DNA of 64,000 bases from an uncultured Candidatus Hydrogenedens sp. (lineage in GTDB: Bacteria > Myxococcota > UBA4151). Shown here piece by piece: positions 27,191 through 37,012 of the stretch. Positions within the stretch are counted from its first letter, which is position 1. Each line of letters begins with the position of its first letter. The stretch spans positions 22,746 to 86,745 of the forward strand of contig CACGMS010000002.1 in the NCBI GenBank assembly GCA_902574205.1, in the 5' to 3' direction. A program made the position numbers and the translations under genes. Under the pieces are notes generated by a model, which saw only the letters and a list, made by a program, of their open reading frames with translations, searched no databases and had not been told where the DNA came from.

Positions 27191-28411
27191 ATGCCGCTTT
27201 ACGAATACAAAGGGTTCAGTGCTTCAGGGAAAGCAGCGAAGGGTGTTCGCGATGCCGAAACACCCAAGGCTTTGCGCGCACAACTCCGTCGTGACGGTGT
27301 TTTTATTTCCGAGGTCAAAGAAGCAAAGGTTGAGAAGAAGCAAGGCAGCGCAAAAGCGTTATCAAGTGGCAAGGTTAATGTCCGTGTGTTGGCGGTGGTT
27401 ACGCGGCAATTTGCGGTTCTTATTCGTTCCGGTATCCCACTCGTTCCGGCGCTCACGGCATTGGCAGAGCAGGTTGAAGATGAACGATTAGCCCGTGTGC
27501 TCGCAGACGTTAAAGGGCGCGTGAATGAAGGGGCATCGCTTGCCGATGCCATGGGAGCTCACCCGAGAGCATTTTCAAATATTTATATCAATATGGTGCG
27601 TGCGGGCGAAAGCTCAGGTGCGCTCGATGTCGTTCTCGAGCGACTCGCCGATTTCACCGAAGGTCAAGCGGAACTCAAGTCGAAAGTTATCGGTGCTTTG
27701 ATCTATCCGGTGGTGATGGTGATCGCCGGTGCTTTAGTCATGTTTGGATTGTTTATCTTTGTGGTGCCGCGCATCACTAAGATTTTCTCGTCGGCTGAAG
27801 CTCAATTACCTTTGCTTACGCGCACACTGATCGGCTTATCCGAAGTGATGCGTAATCCGGTTTTGATGTTCGGCGTGTTGGCTTTATTGGTGGTGGGTTT
27901 CATTATCTTTCGAAATTGGGTCCGCACCGAGACCGGACGTCGAAGCTTTGATGCGTTTAAGCTTAGCTTGCCACTGTTTGGTCGTATTCACCGCATGGTC
28001 GCCATTGCTCGATTTGCGCGCACATTAGGAACACTCTTAGCCTCGGGTGTGCCGCTTTTAGCCGCCTGTAAAATTGTACGAAATGTGGTGAGTAATGAGG
28101 TGCTGGCTGAAACCATTGACGCAGCGGCTTTAGCTGTTAGCGAGGGCCAGAGCTTTGCTGCGCCACTCAAGCGTAGTGGTGAGTTTCCACCTCTCGTTCA
28201 TCACATGATTTCCGTCGGTGAACAAAGCGGTAAACTTGAAGGTATGCTCGAGAATGTGGCGACCGCATACGAACAACAGGTCGAAGTGACCGTCGGTGGT
28301 TTGACTTCGATTATCGAACCCATCTTGATTTTGTTTATGGGTGGCGGCGTGGCGACCGTCGTCTTTGCGATTTTGATGCCTATTTTACAAATGAACCAAT
28401 TCATCCGCTGA
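27191..28411 (+). CDS. gspF: Type II secretion inner-membrane platform protein GspF.
   Basis: 406 aa. Duplicated GspF domain, three TMs. Confidence 0.88.
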   Translation: MPLYEYKGFSASGKAAKGVRDAETPKALRAQLRRDGVFISEVKEAKVEKKQGSAKALSSGKVNVRVLAVVTRQFAVLIRSGIPLVPALTALAEQVEDERLARVLADVKGRVNEGASLADAMGAHPRAFSNIYINMVRAGESSGALDVVLERLADFTEGQAELKSKVIGALIYPVVMVIAGALVMFGLFIFVVPRITKIFSSAEAQLPLLTRTLIGLSEVMRNPVLMFGVLALLVVGFIIFRNWVRTETGRRSFDAFKLSLPLFGRIHRMVAIARFARTLGTLLASGVPLLAACKIVRNVVSNEVLAETIDAAALAVSEGQSFAAPLKRSGEFPPLVHHMISVGEQSGKLEGMLENVATAYEQQVEVTVGGLTSIIEPILILFMGGGVATVVFAILMPILQMNQFIR

Positions 28412-28422
28412 AAGGCGATTTC

Positions 28423-28854
28423 ATGGAAAACACATCAACAAAAATTCTGAAAGCAAGCGCAAGGCGCGGGATGACTTTGATCGAAATCCTTGTTGTGGTT
28501 GCGATTTTAGGCATGTTGGCAACGGCAGTAACTGTGACGGTGCTTGATCAGTTTGAAGACGCCAAGGGTGAACGCGCCCGTATGGATATTGCCGCGGTGA
28601 CCCAGGGCTTATCTGCCTATTACATCAAGATGGGTAAGTACCCGACGACGGGCGAAGGCTTGAGCAGTTTGGTCAGTCCTCCCAAAGGCAGCCCGCTGTT
28701 GAGTGAACTCCCTAAAGACCCGTGGGAAAACGAGTATAATTACGCCTATCCTGGCACGCGTAATGCCAAAGGTTTTGATTTGTGGAGTTCGGGTAAGGAC
28801 GGTCAATCTGGTAGCGAAGACGATATCGGTAACTGGAAAGACTCGGCTGAGTAA
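28423..28854 (+). CDS. gspG: Major pseudopilin GspG.
   Basis: Prepilin leader RRG|MTLIEILVVVAILGMLA with Glu+5. Confidence 0.87.
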   Translation: MENTSTKILKASARRGMTLIEILVVVAILGMLATAVTVTVLDQFEDAKGERARMDIAAVTQGLSAYYIKMGKYPTTGEGLSSLVSPPKGSPLLSELPKDPWENEYNYAYPGTRNAKGFDLWSSGKDGQSGSEDDIGNWKDSAE

Positions 28855-28857
28855 ATC

Positions 28858-29529
28858 GTGAGGATTCCTGCTTCTTCCTCAGCTTTTCGATCAGGTTTTA
28901 CCTTGATTGAGTTGATGGTCGCCATTGGTATTTTGGCGATTGTGACCGCAGGTGCTGTCAGTGGTATTTCGGCGGTCGATGGTGCTCGCACGCGCGAGGC
29001 CGCGGGAAAAGTTTCGGCAGCCGTTCGTGAGAGTTTCGATCGCGCCGCGCTGTCTGGTGAGATGCATCGATTAGTGTTTGAACTTGGTGGATCTGGAATG
29101 CGCCTTGAATCGGCCGATGGTTTCTTTGCGCTTCCTGCAGTCGGTGGTGATTTAGGCGAAACCGCAGAAGAGCGCGCAAGTCGCCTCGCAGAACAAGAAG
29201 AAGATTTATACGATGGCTTGAGCGATGAGGCGAAAGCTGGACTCAAGGCACTCAGACAGCCGCCGACTTGGAGTCCGGTTGATGGTCCGCTGGGTGAAGG
29301 TGTTGATTTAGGCAGCGCCAAAATCCTCTCATTTTGGTCGGACGCCTTTGAGCGCTTTCAATCCAAGGGCGAAGGGATTCTATATTTCTTTCCACGAGGA
29401 GAAACTCAAGACGCGGTCTTTTTCATCGGTGAAAGTGACGAGGAGAGTTTTACGGTTCGCGTGGACGGTATGGCTGCTCGTGTTCACGCTAAGTTTGGGC
29501 GTTACGATCACCGGGGTAAAGAGCTATGA
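28858..29529 (+). CDS. gspH: Minor pseudopilin (GspH-like).
   Basis: G|FTLIELMVAIGILAIV prepilin N-terminus. GTG start. Named by position in the operon. Confidence 0.6.
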   Translation: MRIPASSSAFRSGFTLIELMVAIGILAIVTAGAVSGISAVDGARTREAAGKVSAAVRESFDRAALSGEMHRLVFELGGSGMRLESADGFFALPAVGGDLGETAEERASRLAEQEEDLYDGLSDEAKAGLKALRQPPTWSPVDGPLGEGVDLGSAKILSFWSDAFERFQSKGEGILYFFPRGETQDAVFFIGESDEESFTVRVDGMAARVHAKFGRYDHRGKEL

Positions 29530-30128
29530 TGCGTGGTTTTACTTTACTCGAAGCGCTCGTTGCAATGGGCATTTTAGCCGGGCTGTTCACGGCGATCTAT
29601 GGCGTTCAAGCAAGTGCCGTACGTTCGGTTCGTTATGCTCGTGATTTGCAGCGTGCTGCGCTGCTTGCTCGTGATAAGGTTCTTGAAGTCGAATGGAAGC
29701 TCAAAAAGGATGGGTTTTCAGTTGCTGATATGACGATGGAAGGGGACTTTGATGATGCTCAGGCGCCTGAGTTTAAGTGGCGAGCTGAGATTCGTCGCGT
29801 TAAAGCGGAAGCTTTTGAAAATATGGCGACGCCCGCCATGGACGGTGAAGTGTCGCCGTTAGCTGGTGCTTTTGCCCCAGCATTTTCAATGATCGGTCGA
29901 CGCCTAGCCGATCAGGTTCGTGAGCTTCGTGTGGTCGTTTCGTGGAAAGATGGCACCTATGATGAATCGTTTGATGTCGTGACCCATATTGTTCAACTCA
30001 CTGGGATGGGCTCGTCGGCAGCTAGTCCGGTTCCCAATGCCGGTCCGGGAGGGACATCCCTGCTTCAGCAAATGAAAACGAAGGCTTCGACTACAACTGG
30101 TTCAGCGGCATCGGGAGCGAGAAAATGA
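29526..30128 (+). CDS. gspI: Minor pseudopilin (GspI-like).
   Basis: G|FTLLEALVAMGILAGLF prepilin N-terminus. ATGA coupling. Confidence 0.6.
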   Translation: MMRGFTLLEALVAMGILAGLFTAIYGVQASAVRSVRYARDLQRAALLARDKVLEVEWKLKKDGFSVADMTMEGDFDDAQAPEFKWRAEIRRVKAEAFENMATPAMDGEVSPLAGAFAPAFSMIGRRLADQVRELRVVVSWKDGTYDESFDVVTHIVQLTGMGSSAASPVPNAGPGGTSLLQQMKTKASTTTGSAASGARK

Positions 30129-30814
30129 ACCGCGGGTTTACTCTTCTAGAAGTGATGATTGCGACGGTTGTGGTAGGGATGATTGGTGTTTCTATTTACG
30201 GCGCTGTTGATCGTTCTTTTGAGCTCAAAGAAGAAGTCGCCGCCTATTCTGAGCGTTATCGTCAAGCGTACGTCGCGCTTGACCGGATGACGCGCGAGAT
30301 CAGCTCGGCATTTGTGTCCAAGCATGTCGAGCCCGGCGAGCCACGGGTCGAAACATTGTTCATGGGCGAAGATGATGAACTTCGCTTTACCGCCTTTTCC
30401 AATACTGTTTTGCGCGCTGGCGCCCGTCAGGGCGATCAAGAGACCATTCACTATCGCTTAGATAGCGACCCGGCCGGTCTTGAGACGGAAGGTAAATGTC
30501 TGATTCGTTGGTCGGCACCTCGTCTACTTGAAGATGCTGAAGACGACAGTAAGGGGCGGGATCGGGTCGTGATTTGCGGCGTGGATCGACTCGTCTTTAG
30601 TTATCATGCTCAGCGTGAGGACGATTGGTCAGAAGATTGGAAGACCACGGACTCACTGCGCGAATCGAAAGATTACGGTTTAGGGATTGAAGAGGTTCGA
30701 AAGCGTTTGCCTGATCGGGTTCGTATCGATCTCACTTTGATGATGCCTGATGACGAACCCAAGTTGTTTCGCACAGCCACGAAAGTACGCCTTCACAAGG
30801 CGCTAAACTTCTAA
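30125..30814 (+). CDS. gspJ: Minor pseudopilin (GspJ-like).
   Basis: G|FTLLEVMIATVVVGMIG prepilin N-terminus. ATGA coupling. Confidence 0.6.
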   Translation: MNRGFTLLEVMIATVVVGMIGVSIYGAVDRSFELKEEVAAYSERYRQAYVALDRMTREISSAFVSKHVEPGEPRVETLFMGEDDELRFTAFSNTVLRAGARQGDQETIHYRLDSDPAGLETEGKCLIRWSAPRLLEDAEDDSKGRDRVVICGVDRLVFSYHAQREDDWSEDWKTTDSLRESKDYGLGIEEVRKRLPDRVRIDLTLMMPDDEPKLFRTATKVRLHKALNF

Positions 30815-30820
30815 GGTGGG

Positions 30821-32245
30821 ATGATGCGAAGACGACGCGGTGTAGCTTTGTTGATGGTGCTTGCGACGGTGGCGGTGATGACCACCGTGGTCATGGAGTT
30901 TGTTCATGATAGTCAAGTGCGTAGTCGCATTGCAGCCAACGCTCGTGACTCGGTCCGTGCCTACTTTTTGGCGCGCTCGGGTATGGAGCTTTCGCGCTTG
31001 ATGATTGCGTTTATGAAGCAATCACCGTGTCCGGTGAGTAGTGGTCTTGCTTCGGTTCAAGCCTCTGTAGGCGGTGCTAAAGGTGGGACTTCAAACACCC
31101 CAGCAACCTGTGAAGATGAACTGCGAATTTTGCAGCAAATGCTCAATCTGCCGCCCACACCTTTTTGGAAGATGATTCCGATTACCTCAGAGCTCTTTCA
31201 AGGCGTCGCTGATGGATCATTTGGTTCGATGCTTGGTGTGCCTTCTCCGCCGCTCGTGATGGGCGTCGAAAGTTCTGATCCTTCAGCTCAACTCGCCGAT
31301 GTTGATGAGGGCTCAGGTGTCTTGTTTGGCGATATGCCAGGTTCGTTCAGTGTGGAGATTGATGATGAGGACCGAAAAATTCCGCTGAAAAGCTTATGGA
31401 AGGGTAGTCCTGCTCAGAATCGAGCAGCGATGATGCGTTTTGCCGCTTTGATCGCCCCTCCTCGCTATGACGCACTGTTTGGTGGTGTGAACAGTCGCGG
31501 TGAAGAAGTCGACCGGCAAGAGTTTTTATCGTCGGTCCTTGACTGGATGGATCCGGATACGACCATGTCAGAAATTGATCTTTTGACCGGTCGCCGAGTC
31601 ACGAGCACCTCACCTGAAGATGCACGTTATGATACGGATGAAGCGCCATATCGGTCGCGTAATGCGGTCTTTGATTCGATTGCTGAACTCCGCTTGGTTA
31701 AGGGTTTTTCCGATGAAGCGTACCGCGCTTTTGCTGATCATTTATCGATCTACAGCGAAGACAAAGTGAATATTGAATCGATGCTTGCTGGCTTACTTGG
31801 GCTCCAGCTCCCTGCACCAGACGGCGATATGACCGCAATGAACGCACCCTCTCAATTTTTAGCCGGTTTATCCGTCTGTTTGACAGCTGATCAGTTGGTT
31901 GCTGTCTGGCAGCGTGTTGGCTTGTGGTATCAGGCCATCAATAACTGTGTTTTGGTCGGCTTGTTGCCTGAAGAAATGCAAGTTGATGTGTTGTGTCCAT
32001 TAGAACCTAACCCGCCGATCAATCCGTTTCCCAAGTTCTTTGTCGAAGCCCTCGCTCAGTTGTCTGAAGCCGAAGGCATCGCCTTTGATAAAGGTAAGTG
32101 CGAGAACGCGGTGACCGCTACTTCACGTTATTTTAAACTGATCAGCCAAGCTCAAGTCGGCGATGCTCGCCGAACGTTGACGATGGTTATTCGCCACGCG
32201 CCTACGGATGCCCAGGAAGAGCGCTACTATTGGCGAGAGGAGTAA
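30821..32245 (+). CDS. gspK: Minor pseudopilin GspK (large, lacks Glu+5).
   Basis: MMRRRRGVALLMVLATVAVMT. 474 aa. Typical GspK size and position. Confidence 0.65.
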   Translation: MMRRRRGVALLMVLATVAVMTTVVMEFVHDSQVRSRIAANARDSVRAYFLARSGMELSRLMIAFMKQSPCPVSSGLASVQASVGGAKGGTSNTPATCEDELRILQQMLNLPPTPFWKMIPITSELFQGVADGSFGSMLGVPSPPLVMGVESSDPSAQLADVDEGSGVLFGDMPGSFSVEIDDEDRKIPLKSLWKGSPAQNRAAMMRFAALIAPPRYDALFGGVNSRGEEVDRQEFLSSVLDWMDPDTTMSEIDLLTGRRVTSTSPEDARYDTDEAPYRSRNAVFDSIAELRLVKGFSDEAYRAFADHLSIYSEDKVNIESMLAGLLGLQLPAPDGDMTAMNAPSQFLAGLSVCLTADQLVAVWQRVGLWYQAINNCVLVGLLPEEMQVDVLCPLEPNPPINPFPKFFVEALAQLSEAEGIAFDKGKCENAVTATSRYFKLISQAQVGDARRTLTMVIRHAPTDAQEERYYWREE

Positions 32246-32247
32246 TT

Positions 32248-34263
32248 ATGGCTGCCCAACTAGGCCTAATTGATTTGAGTACAAAACGGTTGCGTATACT
32301 CGCTGCAGAGGCGGGTGGTCGGCGCGATGAACCTAGCTTGCTGCGTCGCGAAGAGTCACTCGAGGAGGGTCTTGATAGTCTTCCTGACGTGCTTGACCAG
32401 TTGCTCGAAGAGGGTGTGCTGAGCCCTGGTCGCTGGCAGTTGGCATTAAGCGGTGATTTGGTCACTTTTCATCGGATGCATAGTCCGTTGAAAGACCAAC
32501 GCAAAGTGCGGCTTACATTAGAGTTTGAGCTAGAAAACGCGCTTCCCTTTCGCAGTGAGGATGTCGTTGTTTCTCCGATTTTGCGTAAAGCTGAAGACGG
32601 AACCGATATTTTAGCGTTCGTCACGCGTCGCGACGTTCTTGAGCCTTTGATCGACTGTTTCCAGGCGCGCCGAATCGAAACTGTACAGGTCGTTCCAAGT
32701 GCATTTGGTGCTGTTCCTGTCGATTTGTGCGCAAGTGGACGTCATCTGCTCCTTGATCTTGGAAAAGAGCAGATTGATGTGGTGGCGATTGAGGATGGAT
32801 CGATCGAGACGATGGTTACTTTACCGGGTGGCGGAGACTTGGTCACTGCCGCGCTGCGCCGCAGTCACTTCCTTGATGTTCAAGAGGCAGAGCACGCCAA
32901 GGTTTTTGAGGGAGAAACCGTAGAGGGGCGAGAGGCTCTTGCACCAGCGATTGAAGCTTTTACCGAGCATGTTCAGCGAGCGGTTCGAGGGGGCTTGAGG
33001 ACAGCCAATTGGCGCCAAGCTACAGTGCATCTAAGCGGAGGAGCAGCCTGCTTGACAGGATTGGTTGAGCGGTTGCACGAGCGCACGGGATTACGTGTCT
33101 TTCGTGTTGAAAATGTCGATTCGCTGACACCCAGTGCGCAAGAGGCATGTGCACTTGCTGCAGAGGTTGGTCATCTGCGCTCTGTGGTCAAAGGAGGTGG
33201 CTTTAAGCCGGTCAACTTACGAGCAGGCGACCTTGCACATACCACAGATGTGATGAAGGTTTTACAGGGCTTTCGCCCGGTTGCTGGTTGGGCTGCAGCC
33301 GTCTTGATTTTAGTCCTGATGCAGTTTTTTGCCGGGGTGTCGGCGCGCGATGCGCGAGCGGCTCGGTTTGAGTCGGCACGACGGCAGGCTTGTGCCGATA
33401 TCGCGGGGATAACGAGCGCGAACGCAAGGCAGTGTCTCGCAGCGATGAACGAGACCATTGCAGGTACCGGATCGGGCGATATCCCGCGTTTTGACGCCAT
33501 CGATCTGTTTTCACGCATCTCCCAAGCGGTTCCGACAGATTTGGAGGTTAAGCTTGATGATATTCGTATTGATGGGCGATCGTTACGTTTAGCTGGAACT
33601 ACGACTGGCTTTCAACAGGCACGTAGTCTCGTTGACGCGTTATCGGTGGTGCGTTGTGTCGTTGGTTTACGCTCGGATAAGACGGTCAAAAAGGGTGATA
33701 AGGTGATGTTTTCACTGACGGGACGAATCGATTGTTCGGTCAAGCCTACAGACCCGGAGGCGCCCGCATCGCCGTCCGGTCAAAGTCGGGTTCAAAGCGC
33801 TACTCCCAGCGAGTCATCGGGTGCGTCGATCGATTCAAAGCGAAAGGAGAAAAAAGCACCTTCGCTGCCGGTTAAGGACCCGTCATCAGCTAAGGATTTT
33901 GGCAAAGGATTTAGGGGGTCATCACCGACGCAGACACAGCGTCAAGCAGAACAGCAAAAACGACTACGCGCCCAGGGGGATTCGGCAAAGGTCATTGAAG
34001 GTCCGGGCGAGGATGCAGAAGCCGAGGATAACACGGAAGCCGACGAGACCACGGAAGCCACGGGTTACGATGAACCGATTGTTGACCCTGCAACAGGAGT
34101 TACTGTCCCTTCAAGAATTCCAAATCCTTACCCAGGGATCAAACCCTTTCCGGGTGGCTCGCTCAAGCTTCCAAATGGGATCGGTAATGTGATGAAATTA
34201 CCGGAAGATACTTTGGTTGGTGTCCCTCCAGCGGACATGGACACTGAGGAGGGCGACGAATGA
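32248..34263 (+). CDS. gspL: GspL-like assembly platform protein with a roughly 200-aa disordered C-terminal extension.
   Basis: ATG 32248 after GAGAGGAG is the likely start; the ORF track's 32230 is TTG. Actin-like cytoplasmic domain, then TM (GWAAAVLILVLMQFFAGV), a periplasmic domain and a long Pro/Ser/acidic tail. Confidence 0.62.
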   Translation: MAAQLGLIDLSTKRLRILAAEAGGRRDEPSLLRREESLEEGLDSLPDVLDQLLEEGVLSPGRWQLALSGDLVTFHRMHSPLKDQRKVRLTLEFELENALPFRSEDVVVSPILRKAEDGTDILAFVTRRDVLEPLIDCFQARRIETVQVVPSAFGAVPVDLCASGRHLLLDLGKEQIDVVAIEDGSIETMVTLPGGGDLVTAALRRSHFLDVQEAEHAKVFEGETVEGREALAPAIEAFTEHVQRAVRGGLRTANWRQATVHLSGGAACLTGLVERLHERTGLRVFRVENVDSLTPSAQEACALAAEVGHLRSVVKGGGFKPVNLRAGDLAHTTDVMKVLQGFRPVAGWAAAVLILVLMQFFAGVSARDARAARFESARRQACADIAGITSANARQCLAAMNETIAGTGSGDIPRFDAIDLFSRISQAVPTDLEVKLDDIRIDGRSLRLAGTTTGFQQARSLVDALSVVRCVVGLRSDKTVKKGDKVMFSLTGRIDCSVKPTDPEAPASPSGQSRVQSATPSESSGASIDSKRKEKKAPSLPVKDPSSAKDFGKGFRGSSPTQTQRQAEQQKRLRAQGDSAKVIEGPGEDAEAEDNTEADETTEATGYDEPIVDPATGVTVPSRIPNPYPGIKPFPGGSLKLPNGIGNVMKLPEDTLVGVPPADMDTEEGDE

Positions 34264-34805
34264 AGTCCTTGTGGGATGCGTTTTCTAATTTGTCGCCCAA
34301 CGATAAGCGGGCGTTGACTATTTTAATTGTATTCACTGCGACGATGGCATTGCTCTTTGGAGGCGTGGGGATGCGGAACATGAGTCGCACTTCGGAGCGC
34401 CAAGCGATAAAGGCGCAAGAGCAATACGCCAAAGTTCTTAATCTGGCTCAGGATTACGCCACCGCAAAAGCGCAAAAAGAGGCGTTGCAGCGACGGATCC
34501 GCAGCAGCCGTGTGCGGCTCGAAAGTGATATTGAAGCTGCGGCGAGTACGCTCGATATCGATATTCACGATATGAAGAATCAGAGTCCAGCGCCGGCAAA
34601 AGGTGATGCGCTGCGTGAAGAACGGCTCCGAATCACGATCAAAGCGATTACCATGGATCGCTTTACCGAGTTGATGAGTAAATTATTAGATAATCGGTCA
34701 GGTGATCTGATTCGTGTGCGAGAAATCAGTCTCAAGACTCAGTTTGATGACCGCGAAAAGGTTAAGGCGATCTTTGTCATATCGACGTGGCGGAGGAATT
34801 CGTAA
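34260..34805 (+). CDS. gspM: GspM-like protein.
   Basis: 181 aa. N-terminal TM (ALTILIVFTATMALLFGG). ATGA coupling to gspL. Confidence 0.6.
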   Translation: MKSLWDAFSNLSPNDKRALTILIVFTATMALLFGGVGMRNMSRTSERQAIKAQEQYAKVLNLAQDYATAKAQKEALQRRIRSSRVRLESDIEAAASTLDIDIHDMKNQSPAPAKGDALREERLRITIKAITMDRFTELMSKLLDNRSGDLIRVREISLKTQFDDREKVKAIFVISTWRRNS

Positions 34806-35752
34806 TGCAGCAGCTATGGCAGCGTAAATCGGTTCGTCTCCTGATCTATTCGTCGTGGACAACATTGATCTTCGTACTCTCTTTGGTGTGGACGTACCCT
34901 TCTGATGCGCTGGTCGCCGAAGTCGAAGCTGCTGTAAACAATAGTGGCACGCTAAAGAGCTTTGAAGCGCGTAAAGCATCGTTATCCGGACTCGGCGTAG
35001 CCATTGATGGAGTATCGTTGGTGACGGCGAAAGGTGATCCCAACTTGCCCTGGAAATTCAAGAGGGTTTGGGTGGGCCTCAACGGTTTTAGCTTTGATCC
35101 TAAAAACCCAAGTCTGAGGTTTGCTGTCGATGCGTACAAGGGATCGGTGAGTGGTTCTTATTCTGATCGACAATTAGATGTTGAGGTCGATGCGTTAGAC
35201 CTCGGTGGCATCATGCCTTTGCAAAAAATAGTTAAGGTTGGCTTGAGCGGACAGGCGAATGGTGAAGCGGCATTTAAATTTGCTGAAAAGCCGTCGGGTA
35301 TGCGCGGCCTGAGCGGTCGCGTCGACCTCGCCATCAAGTCGGCAGGTGTTGGTCCGGGGGAAGTCCCTATTCCGGGGTTTGGATCGGCATTGACTTTACC
35401 TCCTGCTCAAGTGGGTGACCTGCCTCTTGATCTCGAAATTAATAAAGGCGAGTTTGAGTTGAAAAAGTTCAAAGTCACTGGTGGTGATGTCGAGCTTGCG
35501 GGCGAAGGGACTGTTTCCTTCGTCGGTCGGCGTTCATCCGGACGAATGGATATGGCCTTTGATCTGCGACCGACTGACAAGCTCAAAGCAACCCAGGAAG
35601 GTAAGAACCTTTTGACTGCTTTGGATCCGAAGTCGCCATTATTGCCCTCACGTATCAAGCGGAGTTTTTCGAAAAAAGGATGGTTGGGTATTTCGGTAAC
35701 AGGCCGAGTTAATCGTCCGCGTCTCAAAGTACGCAAAAGTCGTATCGATTAG
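34805..35752 (+). CDS. gspN: GspN-like protein.
   Basis: ATG 34805 (TAATG overlap, GGAGGA RBS) is the likely start; the ORF track's GTG 34787 is less likely. N-terminal TM (VRLLIYSSWTTLIFVLSLVW). Last gene of the gsp operon. Confidence 0.55.
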   Translation: MQQLWQRKSVRLLIYSSWTTLIFVLSLVWTYPSDALVAEVEAAVNNSGTLKSFEARKASLSGLGVAIDGVSLVTAKGDPNLPWKFKRVWVGLNGFSFDPKNPSLRFAVDAYKGSVSGSYSDRQLDVEVDALDLGGIMPLQKIVKVGLSGQANGEAAFKFAEKPSGMRGLSGRVDLAIKSAGVGPGEVPIPGFGSALTLPPAQVGDLPLDLEINKGEFELKKFKVTGGDVELAGEGTVSFVGRRSSGRMDMAFDLRPTDKLKATQEGKNLLTALDPKSPLLPSRIKRSFSKKGWLGISVTGRVNRPRLKVRKSRID

Positions 35753-35824
35753 TTGAGCGTGTTCTCTGGTTTTCGATCAGGATGGTTGCTGGTCTGTCTT
35801 CATTATTGAGCGTTGAAGCAAGCG

Positions 35825-35856
35825 ACCCAACTCTAGTCTTGGGTTTGAATTTTGCG
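35825..35856 (+). terminator. Candidate rho-independent terminator after the gsp operon.
   Basis: ACCCAA-ctctagtc-TTGGGT stem-loop followed by ttgaattttg. Confidence 0.35.
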
Positions 35857-35919
35857 CTATGGCTGGTGTAGCCGATAGGTGGAGATCTCGAGTAGATCGC
35901 ACCCAAGCTTGGAGTCGTC

Positions 35920-36954
35920 GTGGAATCCGGCATAACCACTGCACAAAGTTTGTGGGCTAATTTAAATGAGCGCGTCGTCAGCGATCCGCTTGTTCTCGTC
36001 CTTCTTATTTTGTTGGCGGTTTTGTTCGCGGTTGTCCTTGGTGTCTCGCTTGGAAGTCGACCCGTTAAGAGGGTGTTGCGAACCATCACGCCGTCTAAAC
36101 AACCGATTGAGGAAGCGATTAAGCCGGAAACGACACTCTCGGAACCGCCACCTCTAGGCTTTGCTGATCTGCAAAATCTGTTGGAAACTTACCCCTATGA
36201 AGCGATTCAAGAACTCCGTGGAATGGGGCACCTTAAAGAGGATCAGGATCAAGCTCAGCTACGTTGGCAGCAGCAAGTTTTAGCGGCATATGTGGGTGCA
36301 CCTGTTTTGGATAAACTGCGCGCCGCCGATGACGTCGATGTGGCGGCAGGTGCTATTGAGCTTGCACAGACCGTCTCAGGTGCCATTTTATTCTTTGATT
36401 TGCGCGGGTTTACTATCGCCACGGAGCACTTGGGTGGTGCTTATGTCATGCGTTTACTCAACGTTTACCTTCGTCAGATGGCACAAGTCGTTGCGGAAGC
36501 GGGTGGTGTTGTTGATAAGTTTATCGGTGATAACGTCATGGCGACTTTTGGTGTGCTTAAAGGATTGGATAACCCGTCTCAGTCAGCCTGTGATTGTGCT
36601 CAATCGATGATTGAAAACATGGAGCATATTAACGGTCAACTCGCTGAACGAGGTTTACCGAGTTTGCGCCCGAGTGTGGGTTTGTCTTTTGGTGAGGTTG
36701 TCTCGGGTACACTTGGTGGTTCTAAACGTCGTTCGTTTACCGTGATTGGCGCTGCGGTCAACCGAGCGGCTCGATTGGAATCGCACACTCGAGAACTCGG
36801 TGTTGATTTGTTGATGGATCATCGCAGTTATGAACTCTTAGATGACCCGCCATGGGGGATGAAAGTGCATCATCGAGTGGCGTTGCGCGGGGTTGAAGAG
36901 CCGATTATGGCGTGGTCGTGGACCAAGCCTCGAATAACGCCTCCATCATCCTGA
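35920..36954 (+). CDS. Membrane-anchored class III adenylate/guanylate cyclase (CHD domain).
   Basis: N-terminal TM. The CHD motifs AILFFDLRGFT and KFIGDNVMATFG carry the metal-binding Asp residues. Confidence 0.82.
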   Translation: MESGITTAQSLWANLNERVVSDPLVLVLLILLAVLFAVVLGVSLGSRPVKRVLRTITPSKQPIEEAIKPETTLSEPPPLGFADLQNLLETYPYEAIQELRGMGHLKEDQDQAQLRWQQQVLAAYVGAPVLDKLRAADDVDVAAGAIELAQTVSGAILFFDLRGFTIATEHLGGAYVMRLLNVYLRQMAQVVAEAGGVVDKFIGDNVMATFGVLKGLDNPSQSACDCAQSMIENMEHINGQLAERGLPSLRPSVGLSFGEVVSGTLGGSKRRSFTVIGAAVNRAARLESHTRELGVDLLMDHRSYELLDDPPWGMKVHHRVALRGVEEPIMAWSWTKPRITPPSS

Positions 36955-37012
36955 CCTTGTCAGGCGGCAGCGTCCTACTTATCACAGGCCTATTGCAGAA
37001 GAGGAGGCCGCA

